Shown: positions 1-7,307 of the stretch, piece after piece | Position numbering within the stretch: position 1 is the first letter of the stretch | Layout: each line of letters starts with the position of its first letter | From: a virus | Taxonomy: Duplodnaviria > Caudoviricetes | Length of the DNA stretch: 31,248 nucleotides | IMG/VR virus record: IMGVR_UViG_3300025635_000110 | Coordinates: 1-31,248 of that record | Reading direction: 5' to 3' (one strand) | Program-made: the position numbers and the translations under genes | The notes under the pieces: model-generated | The model's database searches: none | What the model was told of the DNA's origin: nothing | The model's input: the letters and a program-made list of their open reading frames with translations, nothing else

Positions 1-14
1 CCCGCGCGATCACC
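1..14. repeat. Terminal 14-bp direct repeat, left copy (candidate cos end)
   Basis: CCCGCGCGATCACC at 1-14 is identical to 31235-31248. Confidence 0.85.
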
Positions 15-119
15 TGCGTATTAGACATAGGCGGGAGCCTCCTAACGTAATTGCAATATGCGATGCGATTAGCTATCGCATTATCACTACACTTAGTGAC
101 ACAAGAACACGCGAAAACA

Positions 120-554
120 TTAGGATTTTGCACGATTTGTCCTCTTGGTTAGTGTCGTATGCTTACGCACAGTTGCTTTGCTTGGCAGATCAATTGGCTT
201 TATATCAAGCTCTTTGAGCTTACGTTGTAGCACAATTTCCTCGCCTCTATGTAAGATATGAGTGATGCGAGCAATGCCCACCTTCATTAGCTTTGCGATG
301 GCGCGATACGTCATTCCTTCCTGCCGTCGTTGGTAGGCAAGCTCGCAGTCGTACTTCTTGAGCCATTCGCTCAGGTCTTCTTCCTTCTCAATGTAAGCGT
401 TTGCAGGGTACGAGATCCAGCCCTTAGCGACCGCATCGGTCACGATCTTCGGAGCTTGATTGAGAAGCGTGATGCGAGCTTGAGTCTCTAAGATGTCAGC
501 CTTAGTGATCTCTCCATCTTGCACCTTTCTACATAGATAATGCTTTGAAGCCAT
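120..554 (-). CDS. Hypothetical protein with a central HTH-like segment, possible transcriptional regulator
   Basis: 144 aa; segment AYQRRQEGMTYRAIAKLMKVGIARITHILHRG has an HTH pattern; last gene of the replication arm. Confidence 0.55.
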   Translation of the reverse strand: MASKHYLCRKVQDGEITKADILETQARITLLNQAPKIVTDAVAKGWISYPANAYIEKEEDLSEWLKKYDCELAYQRRQEGMTYRAIAKLMKVGIARITHILHRGEEIVLQRKLKELDIKPIDLPSKATVRKHTTLTKRTNRAKS

Positions 555-555
555 G

Positions 556-762
556 TTAGCAGCCAGTGAGACGTTCCAGTTCTTCTTCTAGCTCATAGAT
601 ACGACGACGCTGGACATTGGTCTCGCGCTCTAGCTTACGAGCAAAGTGCATAACCAAGAACACGAGCGACTCTGGATATTGTTTCTCAATACGTCGAAGT
701 TCTTGATCGCAGCGTGGAGTGTCGGTCTCTGGGTCTTCCCAGAACGTCTCGGTGTTAGTCAT
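556..762 (-). CDS. Small coiled-coil hypothetical protein
   Basis: 68 aa; DTPRCD...FARKLERE motif resembles the 5583-5783 product; upstream CCATTTAATACC-ATG matches the genome's initiation motif. Confidence 0.65.
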   Translation of the reverse strand: MTNTETFWEDPETDTPRCDQELRRIEKQYPESLVFLVMHFARKLERETNVQRRRIYELEEELERLTGC

Positions 763-784
763 GGTATTAAATGGTTATCTTATA

Positions 785-1072
785 TCAGAACGGAATGTCA
801 TCTTCGGGACCAATAGGATCTCTAGCACTAACTGTCTTTTGCTTTGGCTCACTGTGTCGTTGGTCCATATCAACATAATTACCGAGGATAGGACCTTTCT
901 TGCCTTCTTGTCTGGCTTGCTTGCTCACTGATTGAACGATCATTCCGTCGTTACCGTATTGATCACGGCCAGACTTGTTTGGGATAAGCGCAACGTCTAG
1001 ATAAGTTCCAGACTTGCCTTTGAACAGAAACGACTTGTCGATCTTCGTAACGTCAATCTTGCCGATATGCAT
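785..1072 (-). CDS. Putative ssDNA-binding protein with an acidic C-terminal tail
   Basis: 95 aa; beta-rich body and C-terminal EDDIPF typical of SSB tails; directly downstream of dnaB with its own promoter. Confidence 0.6.
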   Translation of the reverse strand: MHIGKIDVTKIDKSFLFKGKSGTYLDVALIPNKSGRDQYGNDGMIVQSVSKQARQEGKKGPILGNYVDMDQRHSEPKQKTVSARDPIGPEDDIPF

Positions 1073-1105
1073 GGTGTTTGTGGGGGATTTGTACCGTCGA
1101 GGGTC

Positions 1106-1133
1106 AGTTTATCAGGATGGTTTACAGTGTCAA
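1106..1133 (-). promoter_or_regulatory. Sigma70-type promoter
   Basis: Minus strand TTGACA (1133-1128), 16-nt spacer ending in TGn, then TAAACT (1111-1106). Confidence 0.7.
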
Positions 1134-1147
1134 CCCATCGTTGGGTT
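1132..1147. promoter_or_regulatory. Palindromic operator, copy 1
   Basis: AACCCATCGTTGGGTT overlaps the -35 box; related copies at 7813-7828 and 11040-11055. Confidence 0.7.
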
Positions 1148-2443
1148 TTAGGTATCAATCGGAGGTTCAGAGAACCGGCAGAATTGCCCATCGTACCAGA
1201 GTTTTACGATGCCGCACTCACCGTCTCGTTGCTTTGCGATGACGATTGAAGCTTCGCCTTTCGGCTCTTTCCGGTCTCGGTCTAGGAGCATCACAAGATC
1301 AGCGTCTCGTTCGATCTGACCAGAGTCTGCAAGATCAGTCAGCCGAGGTTGTCGGCCTTTGTCTTTCTCGTTCTCTCGGTTCAACTGTGCAAGTGACAGC
1401 AAAGCCACTCCGGTCTGTACCGCAATGTCTTTGAGCTTACCGCTGACCTCTGCGACCTCGTAGGTGCGCTTCTCGGACTTCTCTGCTGCTTTGACCTTCT
1501 GGAGGTAGTCGATAATGACGAGTCGCACTTTGTGCTTACGAACCGCTCGACGGATGTTGGCGGTGATGCTGGCGATGCTTTGAGAGCTTGAGCCATCCAA
1601 GAACCAGAGCGGACTAGACGCCAGCTTCCCAGACGCTTGAGTCATGGAGCGCATATCACCTTCGGAAAGGTTGCCGCTCTTGAGGTTCTGCATCGGGACT
1701 TTGCCTAACGAAGCGACGGATCTTCTGAAGATGGCCTCCTTCGACATCTCAAGCGAGATGAACAGCGTCGGAGTCTTGGCTTTGACTGCTGCGGCTTCTG
1801 CGATGGCGATTGCGATTGCCGTTTTGCCTATAGATGGACGAGCCGCAATTATCGCAAGCTCACCATGCTGGAGACCATCGGTCTTGTCGTCGAGCCAATG
1901 GAAGCCGGTGGTTACTCCCGAGAGCGTACCTTTTCGACTGAACCGCTCTTGCATTGAGTCGATGAACGACCCCGCGACCTGTTTTGAGGTTGAGAGCGTC
2001 TCCTTAGAGACCTCAATGCTGAGTCCTGCTTCGGCATTAGAGACGATTTGATCTGTTGGGAGTGTCAGGACAGCGGACTCGCGTATAAGTCGGTCTCCTG
2101 CGAGCCGTAGCTGGCGACGGTGAGCGGCTTCTGCAATGCCTTTGACGTAGTATGGAAGGTTTGCCGGTGATGGGCAGACTTCCATTGCGCGGTTCCAGTC
2201 CTCGAAAGGGATGGGTTGGTTGCCGTTCAGCTTCTTCCACTCCTTCCCAAGTTCAGGGAGGCTAGGAGCGCGGTTCTGTTGGGTCATCGACTTAATGACC
2301 TCGTAAGTGTCTTTCAGCGATTGGGTTTCGATCCAATCAACTCGGACTTCAGCGAGCGCATCAGCGCAAGTGTCCAGCGTACCAGTCAGACAAGCCCCAA
2401 TCAGACCAAACTCGTCGTCTTCAGCGAAGTAAGGATTGCTCAC
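1148..2443 (-). CDS. dnaB: Replicative DNA helicase, DnaB family
   Basis: Walker A AARPSIGKT, FISLEMS, Walker B LVIIDYLQ, LAQLNR, DLADSGQIERDAD, IAKQRDG. Confidence 0.95.
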   Translation of the reverse strand: MSNPYFAEDDEFGLIGACLTGTLDTCADALAEVRVDWIETQSLKDTYEVIKSMTQQNRAPSLPELGKEWKKLNGNQPIPFEDWNRAMEVCPSPANLPYYVKGIAEAAHRRQLRLAGDRLIRESAVLTLPTDQIVSNAEAGLSIEVSKETLSTSKQVAGSFIDSMQERFSRKGTLSGVTTGFHWLDDKTDGLQHGELAIIAARPSIGKTAIAIAIAEAAAVKAKTPTLFISLEMSKEAIFRRSVASLGKVPMQNLKSGNLSEGDMRSMTQASGKLASSPLWFLDGSSSQSIASITANIRRAVRKHKVRLVIIDYLQKVKAAEKSEKRTYEVAEVSGKLKDIAVQTGVALLSLAQLNRENEKDKGRQPRLTDLADSGQIERDADLVMLLDRDRKEPKGEASIVIAKQRDGECGIVKLWYDGQFCRFSEPPIDT

Positions 2444-3189
2444 AGGCTGTCCCTCCAGTCGATTTCCTTAGTGCGTTTCGATTGCGGTTGAAGCTCAAGC
2501 TGGCTTTTGGGTCTGAATAGACCTTTCCACCCAGAAGCGATTGAGTGCTGAACGATCACCGGAAACTCTTGTGGTGAGAACTCGTTCGCCCATTTGGTCA
2601 GCGATGCGCTAAGTCCCGTCTTCTTGTATCCCTGACGCATCTCGGACTTGTACTGAAGCCAAAGGAGGGCTGCCTGATGGCAGTCCTCATTCTTCAGCGA
2701 GTCTGGCATCTCAAGACCGAAAGCAACCTCCCATGGCGACTTCGGAGCCTTCGTCTTCTCTGTCTTTTCTATCTTATCTATCTTCTCTTCTCTATCGGTT
2801 ACCCCATGGGTTACCCGTGGGATAACCTGATCGTCTTCTGGGTTAACCCGTGGGTTATCTCTGGGTTTCTTTGGCCTCCCTCCCTTTCCACCGTTTGACC
2901 AAGAAGCAATTAGGCTTGCGTTAACCTCGTCCCATTGGTGAACGACCAGACATCCTTCTTCTACCCTGCAATATGTCTGGAGCATGGCGTTCCAGAATGT
3001 GCTGGCGTCACCGTTCCACTTGCAGACAGCGGATAAGATCTCGGCGTTCCATTCTGGGAATCGGCTCGTCTTTCGGGTCTGGCAATGTGACCAAAGCCTT
3101 AGAACGTGGATTGGTGCTGTTTCGGTGTTGAGAAGACGGGATAGAAGTCGCGTCTTCCAATGGTCTAAGAAGTCAGTTTCTACGATCAT
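2440..3189 (-). CDS. Phage replication initiator / replisome organiser (lambda O-like architecture)
   Basis: Overlaps the dnaB start; N-terminal helical domain, NGGKGGRPKK motif, low-complexity middle encoded by iteron-like repeats, C-terminal IVQHSIASGWKGLF. Confidence 0.75.
   Translation of the reverse strand: MIVETDFLDHWKTRLLSRLLNTETAPIHVLRLWSHCQTRKTSRFPEWNAEILSAVCKWNGDASTFWNAMLQTYCRVEEGCLVVHQWDEVNASLIASWSNGGKGGRPKKPRDNPRVNPEDDQVIPRVTHGVTDREEKIDKIEKTEKTKAPKSPWEVAFGLEMPDSLKNEDCHQAALLWLQYKSEMRQGYKKTGLSASLTKWANEFSPQEFPVIVQHSIASGWKGLFRPKSQLELQPQSKRTKEIDWRDSL
2750..2868. repeat. Putative replication origin: iterons plus a strand-skewed tract inside the initiator gene
   Basis: TGGGTTA(A)CCC-like units starting near 2796, 2807, 2818, 2839, 2851 and 2862 (mostly 11-12 bp spacing), next to a pyrimidine-rich tract at ~2750-2794, as in lambda ori. 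Confidence 0.7.
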
Positions 3190-3283
3190 GTATCAAACAG
3201 AAACCCCACTCAGTCCGTGGTGAGAACTCGCGCACAAGCAACGCGACGTACACGGAAAGAGTGGGGATAAATTGGTTGAACAT
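3173..3283 (-). CDS. Possible 36-aa leader peptide (MFNQFIPTLS...) crossing the terminator hairpin
   Basis: ATG at 3283 preceded by A/C-rich ACCATAACACAAGCC; ORF overlaps the initiator start. Confidence 0.35.
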   Translation of the reverse strand: MFNQFIPTLSVYVALLVREFSPRTEWGFCLIHDRRN

Positions 3284-3333
3284 GGCTTGTGTTATGGTTA
3301 GCCAACGCTTGCTTCTCACGGCTCGCGCTGACT
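3195..3333 (-). ncRNA. Structured cis-regulatory RNA / attenuator upstream of the initiator
   Basis: Hairpin 1 AGUCAGCGC/GCGUUGGCU with GUGAGAA in its loop; hairpin 2 CCCCACUC/GAGUGGGG + UCCGUG/CACGGA + UCGCG/CGCGA with a UUCUCAC bulge, followed by UUUCUGUUU. Confidence 0.6.
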
Positions 3334-3341
3334 CCTTACTG

Positions 3342-3524
3342 CTAACTCGGCTTCGGTCCTTCGTCCAGACAAAACTTGTCGTAGAACTCGGCTTTCGGTC
3401 GAACGTAGAAGTAACCCTCACGCTCGTAGACGACGCACAGCCGCTTGGTCTCACCGATGCGGAGTTGGGCTTCGGAGATGAACTCCACGATGACGTTTTG
3501 GTTGGATTTAGAGCGGAATCTCAT
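3342..3524 (-). CDS. Small hypothetical protein, possibly DUF1653-like
   Basis: 60 aa; VVYEREGYFYVRPKAEFYDKF resembles the DUF1653 C-terminal pattern; ATGA-coupled to the upstream gene. Confidence 0.55.
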   Translation of the reverse strand: MRFRSKSNQNVIVEFISEAQLRIGETKRLCVVYEREGYFYVRPKAEFYDKFCLDEGPKPS

Positions 3525-3781
3525 TGTTTTTCTCGGTAGTGTACTGTTGGGAATGTTCCACGGTTGCGAGTAATCACTCTGAACTTTTTAGACTCCATCG
3601 TTCCAATTCGGACTGAGCGGGAGAGCAGAATTCCTGCTGCATTCGGAGTCATTTTCCAAATCTCGGCCCATTGATTGGCTGTATGCCAGCCTCTGGGGAC
3701 ATCTTCGGGTTGATTGGCTAGTGCTGATCGAAGCCGCTTCAAAAGCTCGGCAGGTGCCAATTCTGTTCGTTCTGAGGCCAT
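3521..3781 (-). CDS. Winged-helix-like DNA-binding protein
   Basis: Likely start MASERTEL at 3781; GWHTANQWAEIWKMTPNAAGILLSRSVRIG is HTH-like. Confidence 0.55.
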   Translation of the reverse strand: MASERTELAPAELLKRLRSALANQPEDVPRGWHTANQWAEIWKMTPNAAGILLSRSVRIGTMESKKFRVITRNRGTFPTVHYREKQ

Positions 3782-4488
3782 TGGTGGAGGTAGAGTTGCG
3801 CTGAGTTGTCGGTGTATTCCCCAAACACGATCCCATGGGACCATGCTAGGGTTGATCGTCGTTTTCCTGCATAATCCATTGCAGGAATGTCTGCCAAAGT
3901 TCCGACACAAAAGCCCATCGGATTTCCCATTGTTCGACCAGTCGCTTGACCTGCTCGGTGAGCATGAGCCACGACGCAGTTGCCAAAAGTCTCAGCGGAG
4001 TCACGCAAGAAGTTCTCACTGAATAGGACTCCATGTCCCCATCGAAATCCGCCAAGCTGGAAAAACGATCTGTCGAGACAGTCATTGTGTTTGATGAATG
4101 TGTGACAGTGTTTCTCAATAGGTTTTAGCATTCGTTCCCACACAGCCTCAGCGAATCCACGGACAACAGCGTTGTGATGGTTCAGATACTTCTTGGCTCG
4201 CTCGTCATGGTTCCCAATGGTGAACACCGTTGGTCTTAGTTCGTCTAGGAACTTGGCTCCCTCTTGGATGTCGTCGAGATAGTCATCGGCTTGGTCCGAG
4301 TCTTGTGGGTCTCGGAGTGACCCGCTGCGTAATGATGCAAGATCGTAGGCGTCTCCGAGGTGGATTACTTCGTCTGGTTTGAATCTCTCTCGGAAGAGCA
4401 AGACCGCAGCGAGTGCATCTTGATTGGCTCGGTTCCCATGGCTGCAACCAACCGCCATGACTCGGCGGCGGTGCTGTGTGATGTTCAC
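3739..4488 (-). CDS. Calcineurin-like metallophosphoesterase
   Basis: Motifs GCSHG, LGDAYD, GNHD, GHG and AHAHR; the first motif has Cys in place of the usual Asp. Confidence 0.85.
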   Translation of the reverse strand: MNITQHRRRVMAVGCSHGNRANQDALAAVLLFRERFKPDEVIHLGDAYDLASLRSGSLRDPQDSDQADDYLDDIQEGAKFLDELRPTVFTIGNHDERAKKYLNHHNAVVRGFAEAVWERMLKPIEKHCHTFIKHNDCLDRSFFQLGGFRWGHGVLFSENFLRDSAETFGNCVVAHAHRAGQATGRTMGNPMGFCVGTLADIPAMDYAGKRRSTLAWSHGIVFGEYTDNSAQLYLHQWPQNEQNWHLPSF

Positions 4489-4545
4489 AATGGTTAATAA
4501 GCATAAGCGTAACGCTCAATCAAGACACACTCGCTCGGTGTATTG

Positions 4546-4824
4546 TTAATCTTTCCGCAACTTACCTTTACGGACCATCATTACCCAGTAAGGCGAGACT
4601 CCGTACTTCTTGGATAATTCTCGGTTGGTGAATGTCGCGTGGGACGACCTGACAGCCTCCACGATTGACTGGTCGATTCTTCGTCCAACTGGACGCCCAC
4701 GCTGACGCTTTTTTGGCTTAGTCGGTCTGGATGTAAGAACGGGTTGCGTTTGGACGGTCTTGTGGACTCCCAAGAGTCTAGCGATAGCGTCTTTAGTGAG
4801 ACCGAGTGTTTTTAGTATGCTCAT
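4546..4824 (-). CDS. HTH protein with an AT-hook-like RGRP motif
   Basis: LTKDAIARLLGVHK, RQRGRP, TNRELSKKYGVSPYWV. Confidence 0.6.
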   Translation of the reverse strand: MSILKTLGLTKDAIARLLGVHKTVQTQPVLTSRPTKPKKRQRGRPVGRRIDQSIVEAVRSSHATFTNRELSKKYGVSPYWVMMVRKGKLRKD

Positions 4825-4978
4825 TGAATATTTCTGGGTGGAATGTTAGTACGTGGAAATCTAGGACGTGTCGGAGATATGCTCCCCAAGACTTAAAACC
4901 GAGTTTCTCTGCTTCTTTCTGCAATAGTGTTAGAGTCTTATAATCTAGCTCAAATGATGTATTAACTTTCTGGTTCAT
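4793..4978 (-). CDS. Ribbon-helix-helix-like small protein
   Basis: NTSFELD followed by LQKEAEKLGFKSWGAYLRHVLD fits an RHH pattern. Confidence 0.6.
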   Translation of the reverse strand: MNQKVNTSFELDYKTLTLLQKEAEKLGFKSWGAYLRHVLDFHVLTFHPEIFNEHTKNTRSH

Positions 4979-5168
4979 AATTCACGATGAAATCAAAGTT
5001 GGTTTGCCATGAATCGTTTAATTGGTTGTAGCTGTTATTCTTGATCTTCCACGTTCGCGGGTCACGGCTCGACTTGGTGTGTCGGCACCTGATGCGAACG
5101 TCGATGGTTTGGAGTGCGGAGTTTCGGAGGTGGTGATGGTGCTGGAGTTCGTGGAGCAGGAGGGTCAT
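4962..5168 (-). CDS. Hypothetical protein
   Basis: 68 aa; ATGA-coupled to the upstream gene. Confidence 0.55.
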   Translation of the reverse strand: MTLLLHELQHHHHLRNSALQTIDVRIRCRHTKSSRDPRTWKIKNNSYNQLNDSWQTNFDFIVNYEPES

Positions 5169-5383
5169 ACCTTTTCGGTGAGTGATCTGATGTACCTGTT
5201 CCGCTCTTTCGGTTTTACGTTGATGAGGTATTCAATGGCCATGCAGGCATTGATGCTTGCGGTATGTTCCCAGTTCTCCTTGTTGTCGTAGTACTCATGC
5301 CACCGCTCGCTGGGTGCTACGATGACTTGTCCGGTCTTCCGGTGCTTGAACACGAATGCGGCAGGGCCGATGGGGACGTTCAC
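5165..5383 (-). CDS. Hypothetical protein (mini-gene array)
   Basis: 72 aa; GTG start inside the junction at 5380-5395. Confidence 0.65.
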   Translation of the reverse strand: MNVPIGPAAFVFKHRKTGQVIVAPSERWHEYYDNKENWEHTASINACMAIEYLINVKPKERNRYIRSLTEKV

Positions 5384-5586
5384 GGCTTCACATCCTTCTC
5401 ATTCCACAGCAGCAGATCGGCGCGGAGAGCGTCGTTCTCACGCTCTAGTTGGGTGATGCGCATATGCTGCTCCGCTAATCGCTCCCCTGCTTCAGCGATT
5501 GCTGAGTTAGCGGCGCCGTCCTCGGATTGAATATCCTGAGACAATATCCGCATCGCTGCGATTAGTGTTTCGGTTGAGGTTCTCAC
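5380..5586 (-). CDS. Coiled-coil hypothetical protein ending DVKP
   Basis: 68 aa; GTGA overlaps at both ends. Confidence 0.7.
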   Translation of the reverse strand: MRTSTETLIAAMRILSQDIQSEDGAANSAIAEAGERLAEQHMRITQLERENDALRADLLLWNEKDVKP

Positions 5587-5783
5587 GGCTTAGCCTCCTC
5601 GGATTTGTACTGCTGAATCCAGTTGTCGATGGCATTTAGAACAGCGGCATGGCTGTTCTCTACGCTCTCCAACCGCTTGATGCGTTGTTGTGCGGCGTTG
5701 AGTTCTCGTTCAAGTTTGTACGCCTCCTCCTTCAGGTATGCGTGATTCCAGTGAACTTGATCAACTCTCGGTGTTTCGCTCAC
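5583..5783 (-). CDS. Coiled-coil hypothetical protein ending EAKP
   Basis: Start re-called to GTG 5783 (MSETPRVD...), 66 aa; contains KLERELNAAQQRIKRLE. Confidence 0.7.
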   Translation of the reverse strand: MSETPRVDQVHWNHAYLKEEAYKLERELNAAQQRIKRLESVENSHAAVLNAIDNWIQQYKSEEAKP

Positions 5784-6148
5784 GGCTTGGCCTCCCCCTT
5801 GTAGACAGCTTCTCCTTTTCTCAGATAACCAATCTCGCTTCCGAACCACTCGCGTTCAGGAAGGATTCCGCTGTGCTGCTCAAGCACTTCAAGCGACTCA
5901 ATCCATGACTCCAGCCGCTTGATGCGCTCACGCGCTTCATCCCGCTGCTTCGTAAGCATTTGAATCTCACGAATCCGACACAAATCGCTTTGCCCTACCC
6001 TTCTCCATTGATCGTCATCCCACTCAACGTCGATCTGTGTTCTGCACTCGTAAGTGGCAAACCCGCCGTCGTCTGACCTGAGTGGGTTTCCGCAATGAAC
6101 GCGAACAGGCGACTCGCAGAACGGGCATTTGTCTGGTACGGTTTTCAC
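5780..6148 (-). CDS. Zn-finger (CPFC) plus coiled-coil protein ending EAKP
   Basis: Start re-called to GTG 6148 (MKTVPDKCPFCES...), 122 aa; contains ERIKRLE. Confidence 0.7.
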   Translation of the reverse strand: MKTVPDKCPFCESPVRVHCGNPLRSDDGGFATYECRTQIDVEWDDDQWRRVGQSDLCRIREIQMLTKQRDEARERIKRLESWIESLEVLEQHSGILPEREWFGSEIGYLRKGEAVYKGEAKP

Positions 6149-6339
6149 GGCTTGGCCTCCACCTTCACCATCGGAACAAAATCCAGACTGTTGCTCTCGT
6201 CGATTGCGATGCCCCAGTTGTTCCTTCGGCAGCACAGCTCGGTTGCGTTGTAGACCTCCATCATCGTCTTCTCGGGAAGGTAGATGGACAGCAGTCCTTT
6301 GAACGTGAGACGTACAGTCTCTGACTTGTTGTCGCTCAT
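6145..6339 (-). CDS. Hypothetical protein ending EAKP
   Basis: 64 aa; GGAGG then ATGA-coupled start. Confidence 0.7.
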   Translation of the reverse strand: MSDNKSETVRLTFKGLLSIYLPEKTMMEVYNATELCCRRNNWGIAIDESNSLDFVPMVKVEAKP

Positions 6340-6473
6340 TTCGCCTCCTTCTTATCCATCCACTCACGGATGATGCGGTCAATTTGGTGGTTCATTTTGA
6401 GTCCCTCTCGTTTGCACAGTTCTTTCAATCGAACGTGCGTTGTCTCAGTGATGAATACGGTCTTTGATTTCAC
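6336..6473 (-). CDS. Ribbon-helix-helix DNA-binding protein
   Basis: Start re-called to GTG 6473: MKSKTVFITETTHVRLKELCKREGLKMNHQIDRIIREW, a typical RHH pattern; 45 aa. Confidence 0.7.
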   Translation of the reverse strand: MKSKTVFITETTHVRLKELCKREGLKMNHQIDRIIREWMDKKEAK

Positions 6474-6796
6474 AGGTGCTTTTTGACTTTGTTCCAATAG
6501 CTGACGGTCGCTGACTTGCGATTGCCAGTCGGGCCACCGTTCCAAATTCTAGCCGCTTCTTCATTGGTCTTTCCCGCAGCGTATCGGCTCAGATAGATCT
6601 CGCAAACTCGACGAGCCGCAACGCGATTGGTCATTTGCTGGTGGGTGTAGCTGGTGCCAGCGATCCGGTTAACATCGACCACAACCGCTTTGTGGATCTG
6701 CAACGCGCCAATGGCTCGCCCACCATCTCCAATTGCCATATCGTTTCCGTTGGACTCCACAGTGATCAGAGCCGCAATGAGTGGCCCCAGATTCAT
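6470..6796 (-). CDS. Lysozyme-superfamily muramidase/transglycosylase, i-type (destabilase)-like
   Basis: ITVES (catalytic Glu), GALQI, ARIWNGGPTG...YWNKV. Confidence 0.8.
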   Translation of the reverse strand: MNLGPLIAALITVESNGNDMAIGDGGRAIGALQIHKAVVVDVNRIAGTSYTHQQMTNRVAARRVCEIYLSRYAAGKTNEEAARIWNGGPTGNRKSATVSYWNKVKKHL

Positions 6797-6987
6797 CGGA
6801 GACCTTTCAGCCAGACGGCGGCTTTGTGTTGGATGATCTCTTCGGCTTCAAGCAACCGTCCGCTCTCGTCGGAGATCCCGATTAGCTCAATCGTATGGTT
6901 CCAGACGTCTCTAGCGCGGAGAGCTTCTTCGATGCTGCGGTGAATGCTTAGGACTTTGTTGTCCTTATTTCTGCAATGGTACTTCAT
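6793..6987 (-). CDS. Hypothetical protein
   Basis: 64 aa; preceded by the repeated leader module. Confidence 0.65.
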   Translation of the reverse strand: MKYHCRNKDNKVLSIHRSIEEALRARDVWNHTIELIGISDESGRLLEAEEIIQHKAAVWLKGLR

Positions 6988-7040
6988 GGTATTTGATGGG
7001 TGTTAATGGTTTTGAGCGTTTAACGTATGCGCTCCCCACG
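6983..7040 (-). repeat. Repeated hairpin leader module, copy A
   Basis: TTCATGGTATTTGATGG (6983-6999) is identical to 7507-7523; upstream GAGCG/CGCTC stem. Confidence 0.75.
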
Positions 7041-7047
7041 ATTTGAA

Positions 7048-7296
7048 CTACGACAACCAATGCTTCTCTTGAATTGGTTGGTCTTGATCCAGTTGGAAAT
7101 GATGGGCAGATCCACCGTCAATGAAGCTGAACTTCAACGATGGGCCACCATACCACCCCATAATCGGGCAGAAGGTGTTGGTGGTGCGAGTGATTCCAGA
7201 AACAATCTGGGCGCTTGATTCAAGCGGTCCACGTTGGACCCTGACGAGATCTCCAACCTCAATGTCAGAAAACGATTCGGCGTCTTTGAATTGCAT
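7048..7296 (-). CDS. Hypothetical protein
   Basis: 82 aa; IEVGDLVRV is SH3/KOW-like. Confidence 0.55.
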   Translation of the reverse strand: MQFKDAESFSDIEVGDLVRVQRGPLESSAQIVSGITRTTNTFCPIMGWYGGPSLKFSFIDGGSAHHFQLDQDQPIQEKHWLS

Positions 7297-7307
7297 ATGA
7301 TCTTGGA

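Larger units (their letters stand above)
5380..6348 (-). repeat. Repeated gene-junction motif, consensus GGAGGCCAAGCCGTGA
   Basis: Identical copies at 5780-5795 and 6145-6160; 1 mismatch at 5583-5598; degenerate at 5380-5395; partial GGAGGCGAAATGA at 6336-6348. Confidence 0.85.

Noticed and set aside
4501-4541. Fourth operator copy or promoter upstream of the phosphoesterase
   Set aside because: Only about 10/16 match to the nearest operator copy and no convincing -10 box; the short AGCGTAACGCT dyad alone is insufficient.
5128-5145. His run (QHHHHL) in the 68-aa ORF
   Set aside because: Too short to support a function or a synthetic tag.
5380-6348. Junction repeats as a CRISPR array or integron attC sites
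   Set aside because: Spacing is ~190-365 bp of coding sequence, the repeats are not palindromic, and no integrase is present.
5780-6545. ORF-track N-terminal extensions (5849, 6382, 6545; likewise 10279, 10994, 20894, 29599, 30180)
   Set aside because: They overlap upstream genes extensively; coupled or better-placed downstream starts fit better.
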